Of a stretch of 64,000 bases of DNA, positions 39,800 through 58,558 are shown piece after piece (position 1 is the stretch's first letter; each line of letters begins with the position of its first letter). The position numbers and the translations under genes are program-made. Location: the NCBI GenBank assembly GCA_958009085.1, contig OY253686.1:806001-870000 (forward strand). The letters run 5' to 3'. Source of the DNA: Protoeuglena noctilucae. Lineage: Eukaryota. A model generated the notes under the pieces. It did no database searches. It was not told where the DNA came from and saw only the letters and a list, made by a program, of their open reading frames with translations.

Positions 39800-41102
39800 T
39801 CACTTGCCGCCACCCCCGCGCTTCTGCCGCCCCCGCTTGCCCATCTTGCCGTCCCCCTTGCGTGCTGCCACCTTCTTCACTTTGCGACCCTTCACGCCCA
39901 GCTTGGCCAGCGAACCCGACGCCATCTGGCGCTTCATGCGCCCCTCCTGACGCTGCGACAGGCGAAAGGCGTCGGGTGGTCATGCACCTGCCGAGAGCTC
40001 TTGAACACCACAGCCTCGACCCCTTACCCAAAAAGCTCACTTCCCATCCCACCCCACCCCACTTCCACTCCCACCCCACCCACCTTGCTCAGCTGCCCTC
40101 CCCCCTCCCGGTGGTCCCCACGCCCGCCACCCCTGTTCCCCCTCGCACCCCCACCGCCCTCATCCTCATCATCGAACGTCCCCTCCTCGTCTTCTCCACC
40201 GCTGCCCCCAGAGTCCGAGTCCCCAGGGTTGATGGCCGTCACTGCAGACACGCCACAGCACATAACACGCTTAGCGAACTGTGTCTACGCTGTGCTGTGC
40301 AGCCTAGTGCAGTGTGCTGTGCAACCCAGCAACGCTGCTCTCACCCGTCACCGTGGCCATCCCCCCCGCCACGTCAAACACACGCTGCCCCTCTTGGTCA
40401 TCTCCACCCATGCATCAGCCCTCACCCGTCACCGTGGCCACCCCCCCCGCCACGTCAAACACACGCTGCCCCTCCTCCTCCCTCCGAGGGTCCGCCACAG
40501 CCACGGCGCCGTCGTCCGCACCCTCCTCTGCGTCGCTGTCCGCCAAATCCGCGGCATCCAGCCCTATGCTCCTGCGATGGTGCAACAGAGGGCATCTGTT
40601 GGCCTCACAAGAAGCAAGGCACAGAGCTGCTGGAATGCCCGCCCCGCCACGCACTCACTGCAGAAACTCCTCCCTGGATTGCTTCCGCGACTCGAGACGG
40701 TCCTGCCGTGCGCGCTGCGGGTGCCGCGGGGTGATTGTGCTTGCTCCAGAGCAGCCATGCCACGTTCTAGTGTGCAGTGTCGCCCATGCGCTGTATATAT
40801 ACGTGACAATGGTCGACGCGGATTGATGAACATCACATCTACGCATTGGCAACGTGTGCGCACTCGCAAGGGCCGCTGAGACGCGAGCGTGGCCTCGCCT
40901 CGTGCAGCTTGGCGACCGCGTCCTTCTGGCGCTGCTTCTTGCGCTTGTGGAACCCCGTCACAAAGTCCCGGTGGTCTTTGGGATCGAACACAACCTCCAA
41001 GCCTCGCGTGCGGCGATTCCGCTTGGCCATGTGCCGGGCATTGCCGCGCTCGTCGGGCAGCCGCCCGTCGAAAGCCAAAAAGTCCACATCGCGCGCCCCC
41101 AT
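39800..41102 (-). CDS. RRP17: Ribosomal RNA-processing protein 17 / nucleolar protein 12 (Nop25 domain)
   Basis: EVVFDPKDHRDFVTGFHKRKKQRQK motif, acidic middle, Lys/Arg-rich tail; five exons. Confidence 0.88.
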
Positions 41103-42005
41103 GACGGCTGCGCCTTGGACGTGAGGTGCCCTTGCAAGGCGAGGAACGGAGGCGCACCGCGGGTGCGAGGGAGCTGGGCGAGGGACAAACACCGCCGCAG
41201 TGCTGTGCCCTGCGCGCCACGGAACAAGCACAGGTCTAGAGACATCCACGGCAGGACTGTCGCGATGGTGCGGACGTAGCTGAACAGCGGCCGCGAACTC
41301 CGGCCTCGTCGGCCGCCCGTGACACCTCATCTGGCGTTCCGCTGCCGGTCCCGCCTCCAGGGAGACGCCCGACACTCTCCCCTGCTCATCCCCTGATACT
41401 TCGCTAGTTGCTTGTGCTGGTGTGTCGCTCGCCTCTTTGTCTTGTTGTAGAATTGCGCTGCGTTAGCTCGCCACAGGGCAGCATCGCCCTTTCCGGCTCC
41501 CGCGCACAGGCGGCGCGCCACACCGCGTCCGCACCCCCATATCTTGCTCGATCGCTCGCGTTGGCAGCGAGCCGGCCCCAGCGGGCCCGTCGCCCCCGCG
41601 CGGGTCGCCGGGGGGAGGATCGAGCGTTGGCGACGGTTGCGTAACAGCCCGCCCCTGGTCCGCTGAGAGACGCGCTGGGTGAGCGTTGGCCCTCGCGCGG
41701 TTTCATCGTCTGCTCGACATCGAATTCTGGCCTCGACTTTGCGTGTCCACCCTCTGCGCCGCGGCGCGGGGCTGCACACTTGGCGCCATGCCTTGGCCAG
41801 CCCGTGCGCGCCCGAGACGACGGCATTCGCAGATCGCGGCGCACAAACGTACTCCTTGACTGATACCCCAGCGCTTCTTTTCCTCGGACCCCGCCATCGC
41901 GCGCAGAGCGCGGCGGTAGGGCAGTTTACAGAACGCGACTTTTTCGACGCACGCAAAGCCCTTCCGGCCCTCGTCCCCGCAGCGATGGGTGCAACGAGAG
42001 AGCGG

Positions 42006-47587
<5,582 letters not shown>

Positions 47588-47853
47588 GGGGTCGACGCGG
47601 TGGAACGGCGCGACGCGGTGCCTTCTGCCATATCGACTTTTGCGCGTTTGCTGTTCAACGACCGACGTGCCTTCCATTCGACACATGAGTGCTTGCTACT
47701 TGCTCTGCCCTGCGACGCCACCTCCTCCGAAACACGAAGACGCGTCGATGCTCGCGCCCGGACGCCACGGTTGTCACCCACTGCAGAGAGAAACGAGGGA
47801 AGAGACCCGCCCACAACGCAGCTCAGCTCAGCTGCTAGTAACGAAATTGCGTG

Positions 47854-47953
47854 GCCGGCTCAGATAGGGGCGAAAGGTTTTGTTCTCATGCGCCGGTTAG
47901 TAGGGCCGGCTCGAGCGAACTATGCCTTGTTCCTTTCCATCCTCACTGCCGGC
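47854..47953 (-). ncRNA. Box C/D snoRNA, U80/snR60 orthologue (two LSU rRNA guides)
   Basis: Minus strand: GCCGGC stem, box C GTGAGGA, guide AGGCATAGTTC (antisense to LSU GAACUAUGCCU), guide CTTTCGCCCCTAT (antisense to LSU AUAGGGGCGAAAG) directly before box D CTGA, closing GCCGGC. Confidence 0.85.
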
Positions 47954-47969
47954 GGCCGCGGCAAGCCCT

Positions 47970-48063
47970 CTCGTGGCCTCAGCATCCATGGTATCAGTCG
48001 GCGGGCCGAGGCCCATCAGATATATGCTTGTCTATTGATGTCATGCGTATCCTCGGCCACGAG
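47970..48063 (-). ncRNA. Box C/D snoRNA, U27/snR74 orthologue (SSU rRNA Am27/28 guide)
   Basis: 9-bp terminal stem CTCGTGGCC/GGCCACGAG; guide AGACAAGCATAT (antisense to 18S AUAUGCUUGUCU) before D' CTGA; box D CTGA; box C is degenerate. Confidence 0.78.
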
Positions 48064-48091
48064 GCGGGGCGGAAAGCGGCGGGCGGGGGAG

Positions 48092-48171
48092 GGCTCAGAG
48101 AAATCCGCTAAGATGAGGTCGGCTCACCCGTTGCCGTCGCCACGCGTGTACTCATATTTCTCATCACGGCC
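48092..48171 (-). ncRNA. Box C/D snoRNA guiding LSU rRNA GAAAUCCGCUAAG (possibly plant snoR22-like)
   Basis: Perfect box C GTGATGA, box D CTGA, short GGC/GCC stem; 13-nt guide CTTAGCGGATTTC antisense to conserved LSU rRNA. Confidence 0.8.
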
Positions 48172-48852
48172 AGGAAAACGGCCCCGCGCGGCGCGGGCGG
48201 GCCGGGGAGCGCGGGGGCCGCGGGGCCAAGCCGCCGCCTGCTCCCCGCGACGCCCGGGGCCCCGCCGGCGGATCGAGGGGCCGGAGATCGAGGGAAGGAG
48301 CAAGGGGGCCGGCCGTGAAGAGGGCACGGCGCGGCTGGAAAGAGGAAAACGAAAAAAGACGCCGACCAGGTCGAATCGAACGACTCACGCGCTAGCGTGC
48401 TACGGGTTTGAAGCCCGCACCCGGCACCAGCCGGGATCAGGTTGGCATTGCGGGCCGGGCGGCGCCGCTCGTCGCTTGGGCAGCAGGCGCAGAGAACCAG
48501 CATCCCACTCACCCAGAAGGACCTCACTCACCTGCTGACGCGCAAACTGGGGAGCGGGCGGTGGGCGGGCGGCAGGAGAGAAGCGGCTTCGGCGACACCG
48601 GGTTCTGGTCCCCGGCGCCCCTACCCGACGCTTTCCGAGGCTCATGTGGCGTCTATGGGTGGCTACACCGTAGCAACGACCAGGAGCACGGGTGGTGTCA
48701 GCAACGGAGCACTGAGGGCGAACGCAGAGCGCACTCCTGTCACGGGGACTGTGCCGCCGCTCTGCAACCACGATTCTTTCCTCGCAAGCACCCACAGCTT
48801 GCTAAGCCATCGCTGGGTAGGGTCGACGGACCGCTCGCCCTTTAGGGGCTCC

Positions 48853-49929
48853 ATGGCAGGTGTGGGCGCGTGCAACGACAGCACGGACCGCGGTCCGACC
48901 GCGTGCGCCGGTGACCGCGCGCAGAGGGCTCCTGATTGCATCGCCAGATCCACTGCACCGTTACTGCCTCGCCCCGCCCCGCAGCGGGATCCCCGGGGCC
49001 GGGCTTGGCCTTCCCCGTCCCCGTCCCGCCTCCCGCCCCGCCACCGCCAGGTGAGACACTCTTTGGTAACCGCCGGCGCTCCCCACGCCCCCGGCATCCT
49101 CTCCTCTCCCCTCATGCAGCCCTGTCTTCGCCGACCCTACCTTCCCTGCCATCTCCCCTGTCGCTCACTCACCGCCACGCTGCCCCCTCCCCACGCAGCC
49201 GTTCCCTCGATCTCTCCCCCTGGTATGGCCTTGGCGGAGGAGTTGGATCACTTGATGTTCTTCCAACTGCGGGACGGGCGCAAGTTCTACGGGTGAGCAT
49301 GAGCACGGATGAGTTGTGCTGTGAAAGAGGGGCGACCGGGTGGGTGCTGTCACATACCCAGCCCTGCCAACCCCGTCTCGCCGCAGGGTGCTGCGTTCTT
49401 TCGATCAGTATGCGAATTTGGTGTTCGATGGGTGCGTGGAGAGGTCGGTGGTGGAGGACAAGTACGCAGATGAAGACCTGGGCATGCAGGCGAGCGTTTG
49501 ATGAGACAGGGGGCCATGTGCTAAGCTAACTGGGAAGTAAAGAGTGACTATCCATTTCTCTCTCTTCAGCTAAGTGGCTTTGTGTTTGTTAAGTTGCAGG
49601 TCATCCGTGGGGAGAACCTGGTGTTGATGGGGGGGGTGGGGGAGGAGGGGGACCCTGTGCCGGACATGCCGGCCTCCTTCAGCCGAGTGGGAAAGGAGGA
49701 GATGCAGCGATTGCAGGAGGTGAGGGCGGGCAGGGTGGGGGATGGGCTACTGCAGGCATGCTTGTCTGCCACCCACGCCCCTTCGCAGCTGTCTGGCAGC
49801 TTGGGCCGTGAGAATTGATACCATATGCTATCGTGCGTGCTTCACGTGACCGCGCCGCAGGAGCAGAAGGAGGCGCAAAGGGCCGCACAGCAGGCGCTGC
49901 CCGTCAAGTTCGACTTCCTGGACGAGTGA
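48853..49929 (+). CDS. LSM1: Sm-like protein LSM1
   Basis: LAEELD....QLRDGRKFYGVLRSFDQYANLV....ER....KYAD..LG..VIRGENLVLMG; six exons with consistent phases. Confidence 0.9.
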
Positions 49930-50094
49930 AGGAGTGGGATGTCTCATGAAGAGACACTGCTGCCCGGCTGGGTGCGATCGACGAGCTGGTTTGCATCGCC
50001 ACCGTCCTTGCAAATGGCCTGTTCCCATGCTCTCTGTCCTTCCCCACTCCTGACGTTCAACGAGTGCCGTATGCGTATGTCATCCCACCACCCG

Positions 50095-51905
50095 TCAGAC
50101 GGACAGCAGCAGCACCTCCGGCCGCTGCACGTGGTCGGTGATCTCCCACCGGGGCGGCACCCACTTGCCGTCCCGGTTGACGTAGCCGCTGCGCTCCTGC
50201 CGCAGCTCCCAGAAGTAGAACAGCGTCGCGATCTGGTCCTTCGAGCCCTGCAAACAACGGTGCATTACCTATGACAGGAGGACCCTCGGCACGTGCACAT
50301 AACCCTCTCAGCTACCGCACCGCCCCTCACGCACCGTGCCATCATCAACCGTCCTCCCCTCACCTCGGTCACGTTGCCGTGCTTGTCCCTGACGCAGTGG
50401 ATGCGCTGCACCCGGACGTCCACCACCATGGCGGGGTCATCCGCGTTAATCTCCATGGCCACCAACTCCACCTCGTCCGTGCTCAGCACGCGAGGGTCAG
50501 GGTACATGTCGTTGGCCCTGGGAGGGAAGCGACATGAAGTGGATGAGTGTCAATACCAGAGCGGTCAGTGTGACATGACAGTCAGCCACATGCAATCCTC
50601 GCTGCTTCCACTTCTGTCGGTCCCCGCTTACGCCACTGCATGCACCCCCACTGTGTGTGTGCGCATCATCCTCACCTGAGTGCCTTGACGCGCGCCTCCA
50701 GTCGCTCCGCCAGCTCCTCCGAGCCCATGCGCCGCAGACGGGCCATGTCGCCCTCCGCGAACGCACGCTCGAACGCGGGCACCTGCCCCCGCACGCCCTT
50801 CAAGAAGGTCGGCATGTCGAAGCTCGGGTCACGCGCCAGCACCTCCCTGCGTGTCACAGGGGTAGGAATGCATGCTACGGTCACAGCAACGCTCGAGCCA
50901 ACAGAGTTGGTGCCCAGACATGCATAAAGAGAAGTGCTGTACAATGTGCCATCACAACTCCTCGTCACTTGCACCACACCCCCGCTGTCACCAGCACCCC
51001 ATCCCTGACAAATCTCTCACCTCATGGCCGATGCATATTCCGACTCGGACCACAGCCCCTCGGTCATGTCCTGGATGCGGTGCACCATGGGGTTGTCTGA
51101 CGTCTCCCACTTGTCCTGCAGCTGACCCCGGCGCTCCTCCAGCCCCCGCAGCACCGCCTGCACCGTCTCGTTGGTCTCTGCCTGGGCACGCATCTCGTCC
51201 ATCAGGCGGCGCCAGCGAGGCACGTGCACGCGCGCCGCCACCAGCTCCGTCCGCCGAGAACCCTCGTCCTCCACCGGACGGTCGCCCCTCTCCACCGCGT
51301 GGCTCTGCAGCATCTCCGCGTATTGCTCCTGGGGAAGCAGCACCGCGCGCACCTCCCGCGCCAACCCACGCAGCAGGCCGGGGACGCGGCCCAGCACGCG
51401 CTGGTAGCTCGGGCCCGCCTCCTCGCCCCTCCCCGCGCGGTCGGAGGCCCCGCCGTCGCCGCCCGCCCCGGCAGCCGCGCCCCCGCTGGCCGGGCCGGCC
51501 CCCTCCGCCTCGCCACCCCCGCCGCGGCCCGGGGGAGGGGCGGCCCTCCGCCCGCGGCGCCGCTCGCCGCCTTCTTCTTCGCCTCCGACGTCGCCCACCG
51601 GCGCAGGACCTCGGGAAGCGCCGCCATCGCGGGCTCCTGCGGCCCCGGCCGGAGCCCCGCCACGGCGGACCCCCACCTGCGCGACGGACGGGGCGCGGGG
51701 CTCAGGGAGGGCACCAAGTGACTACACTTAAGCGATTGGAGGGCACGGGATGCGATGCGCTGCGTCCGTCGATCCAACGGCGCAGGGGCACGCGGGCAAG
51801 CAGCGTGTGGGCATTCTCATCAGCCTGCAGGCTTCAGATCCCCCGCGGCGGCGACCCAGCTGGGGCGCGAGCAATGTGGCTAGAGCTCACCTGGCGCAGA
51901 AGCAT
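50095..51905 (-). CDS. TIM44: Mitochondrial import translocase subunit TIM44
   Basis: KWETSDNPMVHRIQD....SE...A.REV.ARDPSFD.P.F, QRIHCVRDK.GNVTEG.KD.I, PRW; five exons; start tentative. Confidence 0.88.
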
Positions 51906-52016
51906 TCCCCCGGGCGCGCGACAACATCACGGTGCTGCCTTTTCCCCACCGTCGCTGAGATCTCCGAGTCCCTTCCAGCCGAGCTTGGCCTGGAGCAGGT
52001 TTCGGCCAGTGCGACG

Positions 52017-52767
52017 ATGAAAGACTACGAGGGAAGGGTGGTTGGGCCTTCCGGTGATGGCTGGTTTGTGCAACTTTTCTGTGCCAGTGACACAGCAGCC
52101 GACGTCATCCGNNNNNNNNNNNNNNNNNNNNNNNNNNNNNNNNNNNNNNNNNNNNNNNNNNNNNNNNNNNNNNNNNNNNNNNNNNNNNNNNNNNNNNNNN
52201 NNNNNNNNNNNNNNNNNNNNNNNNNNNNNNNNNNNNNNNNNNNNNNNNNNNNNNNNNNNNNNNNNNNNNNNNNNNNNNNNNNNNNNNNNNNNNNNNNNNN
52301 NNNNNNNNNNNTATAGCTGCTTGCACATGCACTGCGCCACGTCGAGCCTTTCCCTGCCCACCTCGGCCACTTGCCACCCCCCCAGGACTATGGACAAGCA
52401 GTCCTCCACCGGGGGCGGCCCCGCCACCTACCAGCAGTCCCTCGCCAGCTCAAGACCCCGCGGTTCCCGGCCACCCCCCGCCCCCACGCCCCCCAGCCCC
52501 CTCGCCAGCACCGCCCTCTCCCACGCCCGCTCCTCGCGCGCCCTCAGCCATAGCACGCAGGAGGGCCAGCCGCCCGCCGAGGATGCCCCCCGCGTGCCCC
52601 TGCGCGGGTTCGGCCCCGCCAGCCTACGCCGTGCCCCGCCGCCCATGCCCACGCATCCGGAGGCTGGGCTGGGGGCCGCGGGGGGGCTCGGGGCCGTCGG
52701 GGAGGGGCTGGGGGAGGAGGCGGGGGAGAGTGAGGGCACGGGGGCCTTTTGGGCAGGAGAGGTGTAG
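52017..52767 (+). CDS. Gene of unknown function interrupted by the gap (putative first exon from 52017; last exon 52386-52767)
   Basis: ATG-initiated open frame entering the gap; CCCCAG acceptor and a Pro/Ser-rich terminal exon after the gap; no recognisable domain. Confidence 0.35.
52112..52311. other. Assembly gap (200 N)
   Basis: Run of N. Confidence 1.
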
Positions 52768-53355
52768 GGTTGTCATGCGTGTCATGCCCTGCCGGACTCT
52801 GGATGTCATCGATGGGATGCCAACCACTCCCTGTGCCTCGTCCCTCTTCCCTGTTGTCAACGACCCTCGCAATGTGCGGTTTCCTTTCACGCCTACGCAC
52901 TGCGCGCGTTCCATGCCGCTGTGCCATCCACGTCTCCGTTCCTACCCCACCCTGTCACCCAGTCGTGCTCCCACCTGCCGTGGTGCATTTTGAAAGCGTA
53001 CGGAATTGGGAAGTAGACAAGAGGTGCACGACAGGGCGCTAAGGGCGGAGAAACCAAAGCGGCGCCAGTAGGGCACGGCAATACTTGGCATATCCAGCCC
53101 CCATCGTCACTCCGGTGGGTTAGTTCGCTTCTATCGTCAGATCCAACCCATCGGGAATATCGTCGAAGGCTGAGGAAGCCGAGATCGCGCAAGCTCGAGG
53201 TGAGGGGGTCGCCACCGGTGCGCCTCGCCGCGTAATTCGTCATCGTCGCGTCTAGATGTGCTTATTGTCATCATTTACTGCGATTGGCGGCGAGTTTAGG
53301 CGACGAGGGTGCGGTGCCGCTGCTGACGAGCTGGGTAGTCCTCGCAGGTCCAGCC

Positions 53356-56177
53356 ATGCCGGGACAGAAGCTCCCCGACACGCGGGACAGCACGCCCACG
53401 CTCACGACCAACGAGGGCGCCCCGGTGTTCGACAACGTCAACAGTTGGACCATCGGCAGGTCCGGGCCCATCGTCATCCAGGACGCGCACTTCATCGAGA
53501 AGCTGGGCCAGCTCTCGCGCGAGAAGGTTCCCGAGCGCGTCGTCCACGCGCGCGGGGTGGCCGCGAAGGGTTACTTCGAGGTATGAGGCGGGCACGTATG
53601 CAAGGGTCACGCAACCGAACGTTTGCGTGGGCCCCGCCCGCGCCCGATACACATTTCCGGTTTGCCTCCGCAGGTCACGGATGACATCACCGAGTTCTCC
53701 TGCGCCGACGTCTTCCGCGAGGTGGGCGCCAAGACGCCCGTCTTCACGCGCTTCTCTGTCGTCACCCACTCCAAGGACGTCCCCGAGTCGATCCGAGACG
53801 TGCGCGGGTTCGCCGTCAAGGCAAGCGAGAGTGCTTTTAGTATCTCCAATCACCCAAAGCAGCAACGCGTTGCTGTGGGTAATGGCCACCGCGTGCCCCG
53901 CCATCGCAGTTCTACACTCGCCAGGGCAACTGGGACCTGGTCGGCAACAACATCCCCGTCTTCTTCGTCAGGGATTCGATCGAATTCCCCGATCTCGTGC
54001 ACTGCCTCAACGTGGACCCCCAGACCAACGTCCAGGCGAGGAGGCACAGCAGACACGCATGTCAGGTGTCACGGTGCCTTGTGCAGGAGTAACTGGACCT
54101 GTGGCAGGGTGGCTGCCATGAAGCGAGCACTGTTGTCGCCTGCGCTGCCCCCTGCTCTCCTCACTCACACCCAGCTTCGCTCTCCCCATCACTACATCCT
54201 CGTCCACCCCATCTCTTCCCTCCACCTTACCCCCCCAGGAGGGCTGGCGCATCATGGACTACCTGAGCCACCACCCCGAGTCCTGCCACATGCTGACCTT
54301 CCTCTTCGACGACGTCGGCGTCCCCGCCAGCTACCGCCACATGGACGGCTTCGGCGTCAACACCTTCGTGTTGGTCAATGCCCAGGGACGTGAGCGCCTC
54401 GCCAAGTTCCACTGGCTGACGCGGCAGGGCGTGCAGTGTTTGATGGACGAGGAGGCGGCGCAGGCGGGGGGCAAGCAGCACAACTTCGCCACCCTGGACC
54501 TCTTCCAGGCCATCGCGCGTGGGGAGTCCCCCGAGTGGAGACTCTGCATCCAGGCGAGGGGTGGGGGGGGCGGGGGTGATGTGGGAGATGATTGAACTTG
54601 CATGGCAGCGGCATGTCTGAGCCCATGCCTGCTTATAGCAGGGTCGAAGGGATGCGCCTATGCTCTTGCGTGACCCTGGCCACCCCTGCCCATACCCCTC
54701 CCTTCTTCCCAGATCCTTCACCCTGAGTGTGTTCACTGCTCTCACCACCCCAACCCCCACATCCCTACTCTCCCCCCAGATCCTGGACCCCGACCGCGCG
54801 GGTGACCCGTCATCCTCACAACGCTGTGCTCACCGCTCTCACCACCCCACCACCCACGCCTCCTCCCTCTCAGGTCCTGGATCCCGAGCGCGCGGGTGAC
54901 CTCTCCTTCGACCCCCTGGACCCCACGAAGACGTGGCCCGAGGACCAGTTCCCCCTCATCCCCGTGGGCAAGATGGTCCTGGACACCAACGTCGACAACT
55001 TCCACAATGAGACGGAGCAAGTCGCCTTCTGCCCCGCCAACGTCGTCCCGGGAATCGACTTCTCCGACGACAAGTGAGATGATCGTGTCATGCATATGGC
55101 AGGCGATGCATATGGCAGGCGATGCATGGGTATGTGGCTGTACATGTGTCAACTACACCGACTTCTCCAACGACAAGTGAGCGATACTAGTGGCAGGCGA
55201 TGCATGTGGCGGTGTCAGCTGGGATGCAGAGGGTGATGATCATGTCGTGGCAGTCGCCGCATGTGGCTGTGTCAGTCACAGCTGGGATGCACCCATGCGC
55301 ATGCGTGCTGTCGCTTGCGCACACCTTAACTGTGCCTGGTGGCTGTAGAACCGTGGCTGTCGTTAACGTTGGCATGCGCCCGGTTGCCACCCCGACCGAC
55401 TCGCTACACACGCACACGCACACGCACACATCACCCCCCTCTCTCCCCACCCCCACCCCCAGGCTCCTCCAGGGCCGCATCTTCTCCTACCAGGACACCC
55501 AGCGCTACCGCATCGGCACCAACTTCCAAATGCTCCCCGTCAACGCCCCCCAGTGCCCCTTCCATTTGAACAACATCAACGGGGCCATGAACTTCAGCCA
55601 CCGGGAGGGCAACGTCAACTACTACCCATCGCACCGGGAGCATGCACGCGAGGCAGAGCGCTTCCCCGTCAGCCAGCAGCGGCACGAGGGGCCCAAGACC
55701 AAGCAGCGCATTGAGAAGGAGAACAACTTCCAGCAGGCGGGGGAGCGGTGGCGGTCGTGGGACCATGGGCGCCAGCAGCGCTTCGTCAAGCACTTCTGCG
55801 AAAAACTCTGCGACCCGAGGCGAGGCATGCACGGCGAGGGTGACACCCGATAGGCGCAGGCGCGGCACGCGTCGGGTCATCGGCAGCAGTGATGCGTGTT
55901 GGTATCGCCTTGTGGTCATCCCTCTCTCAAGCTGCCTTCTCAAGTGTCAATGCCTCGTCGCACGTCGCCCCGTCTCCCCACACCGCTGCCCAGCCCAGCC
56001 CTGCCTCGTTGCCCCTGCAGGACGCCCTGGGAGGCGCAGGACCTTTGGGTCGAGTACTGGACGCAGTGCGACCAGACGCTGGGGCAGATGGTCAAGGAGC
56101 GGGTGCAGGAGGCGCGCAAGGGGCGCGACGGGGCGGCCCTGCCCCCGGCTGCCGCACAGGCGCACGGCAAGGCGTGA
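53356..56177 (+). CDS. CAT: Monofunctional haem catalase
   Basis: [13 protein letters not shown] (distal His), [46 protein letters not shown] (proximal Tyr); seven coding exons; probable 5'UTR intron ~53200-53348. Confidence 0.97.
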
Positions 56178-56618
56178 GGAGGAGAGGCGAGGCGAGGAGA
56201 GCGAGCGGGATCTGCAGGGGGAGCAGGCCTCCGGCTGTCGTGGCGCATGGGCCGCATGCGGGCTGAATGGCTACTACTGATTGCTTTAACAGAGCTGCGG
56301 GCAACGGTATGAAACGCTATCACGGCAACGCTATCATGGCATGCTATAGAGGGACTGGCAGCACCGTGCCAGTGCATCCCCGCGGGATGGAGTAGGCCAA
56401 GCAAGGGCGCATCTGCATTTACTGGTTGTGCCCATCGCGCCGCGCTAAGATTTCCTCGCGTTTTTACGTCTGCTTCCGTTGCTGAGGCCACTCGCAATTC
56501 ATTCGCGGTTTGCCCCGGCTAGGCGTCCCAATTCTCTAATCAACGTTTTTGTTCTCGTGTGAGGAATCGACCGGGCTGCGCTGCGGGCCGTCGTCCCCCT
56601 CGGGGACGTCAGGCCGGC

Positions 56619-58398
56619 ATGCAGACGTGCGGGCTGTGCTTCAACGAATATGCGCCCCGCATGCGGGTCCCGAAGCTTCTACCGTGTGGCCATGACTTCT
56701 GTCAGAGCTGTTTAGAGCAGGTAAGTACGCATCTCGGCATTCCGATCGTCGGTGTGGCGCAGCGAGTGGGTCGCATTCACAAGAGCCTGCGGGACACGCT
56801 CGAGCCATACGAACGCGTCGTTCGCCCTCCGCAGCTGGTGGCATGCACAAAGTCAGCGAAGTGTCCCGCTTGTCGCCAGCCGCTGCCGAGTGGAGTGGCC
56901 ATCGACAATCTGCCGACCGTCTTTAAGCTCATGGAAGCCGCCCCCGCGACCTCCGATGGCGAGCCGGTGAGGCACAATACACGGCGCGTATTATATATAT
57001 GGGCTATGCATTTTGTCGGCCGAGCACTCGCAAGGCCCTAGAGCCAAGGCTGTTCACGCATCTCTCTCCGTGCGTCTCTCGTCCTCAGTCATCGGCGGGC
57101 CGTGAGGAGGCAGCGTCTCCACCAGCGGGGCCAACTGCAGGCGCGACTCCCAGCATCGCGGACGATGATGACATCCAACAGCTCATCCACGACCTCCTCG
57201 CCTCGGCAGAGCGCAGACCCAGCAATGCATGGGACGTGCCACGGCATCGCCAAGACGACAGGCCCACCGCATCCGAGAGCGCTTCCTCTCACCGCCAGGC
57301 ATGGTCCGGCATGCAAGATTACTTTCGTGCTACCATCAAGTGGGTCTTTGGCCCCGCCCCTGCCGCCCGGACCGACCGCCGCTCATCGCCAGATGGGCTC
57401 AGGAGGGCCCTCGTCGCCTGCTTCAGGAAGCCTGGGTATGCCCTCCTCTCGGTGCTCGATGGGTGTTTCCTGGTGTGGACAGCCGCGTCGTTCGTTCCGT
57501 TCCTCCCCCCGCCATTCCCGGCTCTTCTGTACCACAAGGCCCTGACCGTGGTGGCGTGGGTGTCGGCGATACGGGTGGGGGCCCAAGTGGGCTTCCCAAC
57601 CTTCACTGCCCCGGGGGCCAAGGCGTGGCTGGCGAAGGTGTGGATATGCCCATGCTTTGTCGCAGCACTAGCACTGGCTAGCGCATCTCAAAGCATGTCA
57701 CCTCACTCATCTTGCGTCTACTGCCATCCGCAGACCATGGCCACTCGCGAGGCGTACCACCTGCTAGCGGCTCTCGTGTTCATCTTTCTGGCCCGCTGGG
57801 TCCACTTTCACATCTTCCTCCTCTCCCCAGCCATTCTGGCGCACCTGCACATGCTGTCATCCCTGCAGTCCCTCTTGGGGTGAGCCACGCCTGGCAGACA
57901 GGCCCTCATTCAAAAGGCTGTGTGCTAGATGGCCCAGTGCTGCGACCTGACCCTTCACAAATTGTATGGAAATGCCCAAGTGCCACAGTATTTGTCGAAA
58001 CCTCAGCACCCCCACAGAATAGATCCACGCGTCTTGTCTCTCCCCGCAGCCCGGAGCTGTTCGCCTCCACGCCCCTCGCCCGCATTGAGCGCGAGACAAC
58101 GCCACGGCTGGAGAGGTTGCAAACGCTGCAGGTGGTCGCCGAGCTGGCAGGGGCGTTTCTGCTGCCCGCGTATGCTGTCTTTTACCGCAGTCTGTGCTAT
58201 GCCCTTGCTGCCTTCGCATACCTGAACGTGTTGCGGCTCATGTACTACGCGCGAGGGTGCGCCGACCACCGCAAAGCGTGGTCCGCCCTTTGGCGGTGGT
58301 GCCGCCCCATCTCTGGCATTCCTGGGGTTGCGACCGCTGTCGATGCGTATTGGCAGTGGTTCGTGGCACTCCGCGTCATCCCAACAGCCAACGAGTGA
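56619..58398 (+). CDS. RING-HC E3 ubiquitin ligase with multi-pass hydrophobic C-terminus
   Basis: CGLC..Y....PKLLPCGHDFCQSCL...CPACR; several downstream hydrophobic helices. Confidence 0.82.
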
Positions 58399-58558
58399 CC
58401 ACTTGGCTGACCATTCGTGACCACCTAGCTATGGCATTTGAACATGTGCACCGTGTCTCATCAACACACTGTGTTCTCTTGGGAAGGCCGCCCAATGCAG
58501 TCAGCCACCAATCTCACGCTAGGCAATCTCTTCGCGTGGCATTGCTAGCCTGCCACTC

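Noticed and set aside
51750..52767. ORFs spanning the N run
   Set aside because: Artefacts of translating through the assembly gap
53112..53154. 10-bp hairpin upstream of catalase
   Set aside because: Short stem expected by chance at this GC content; no family motif
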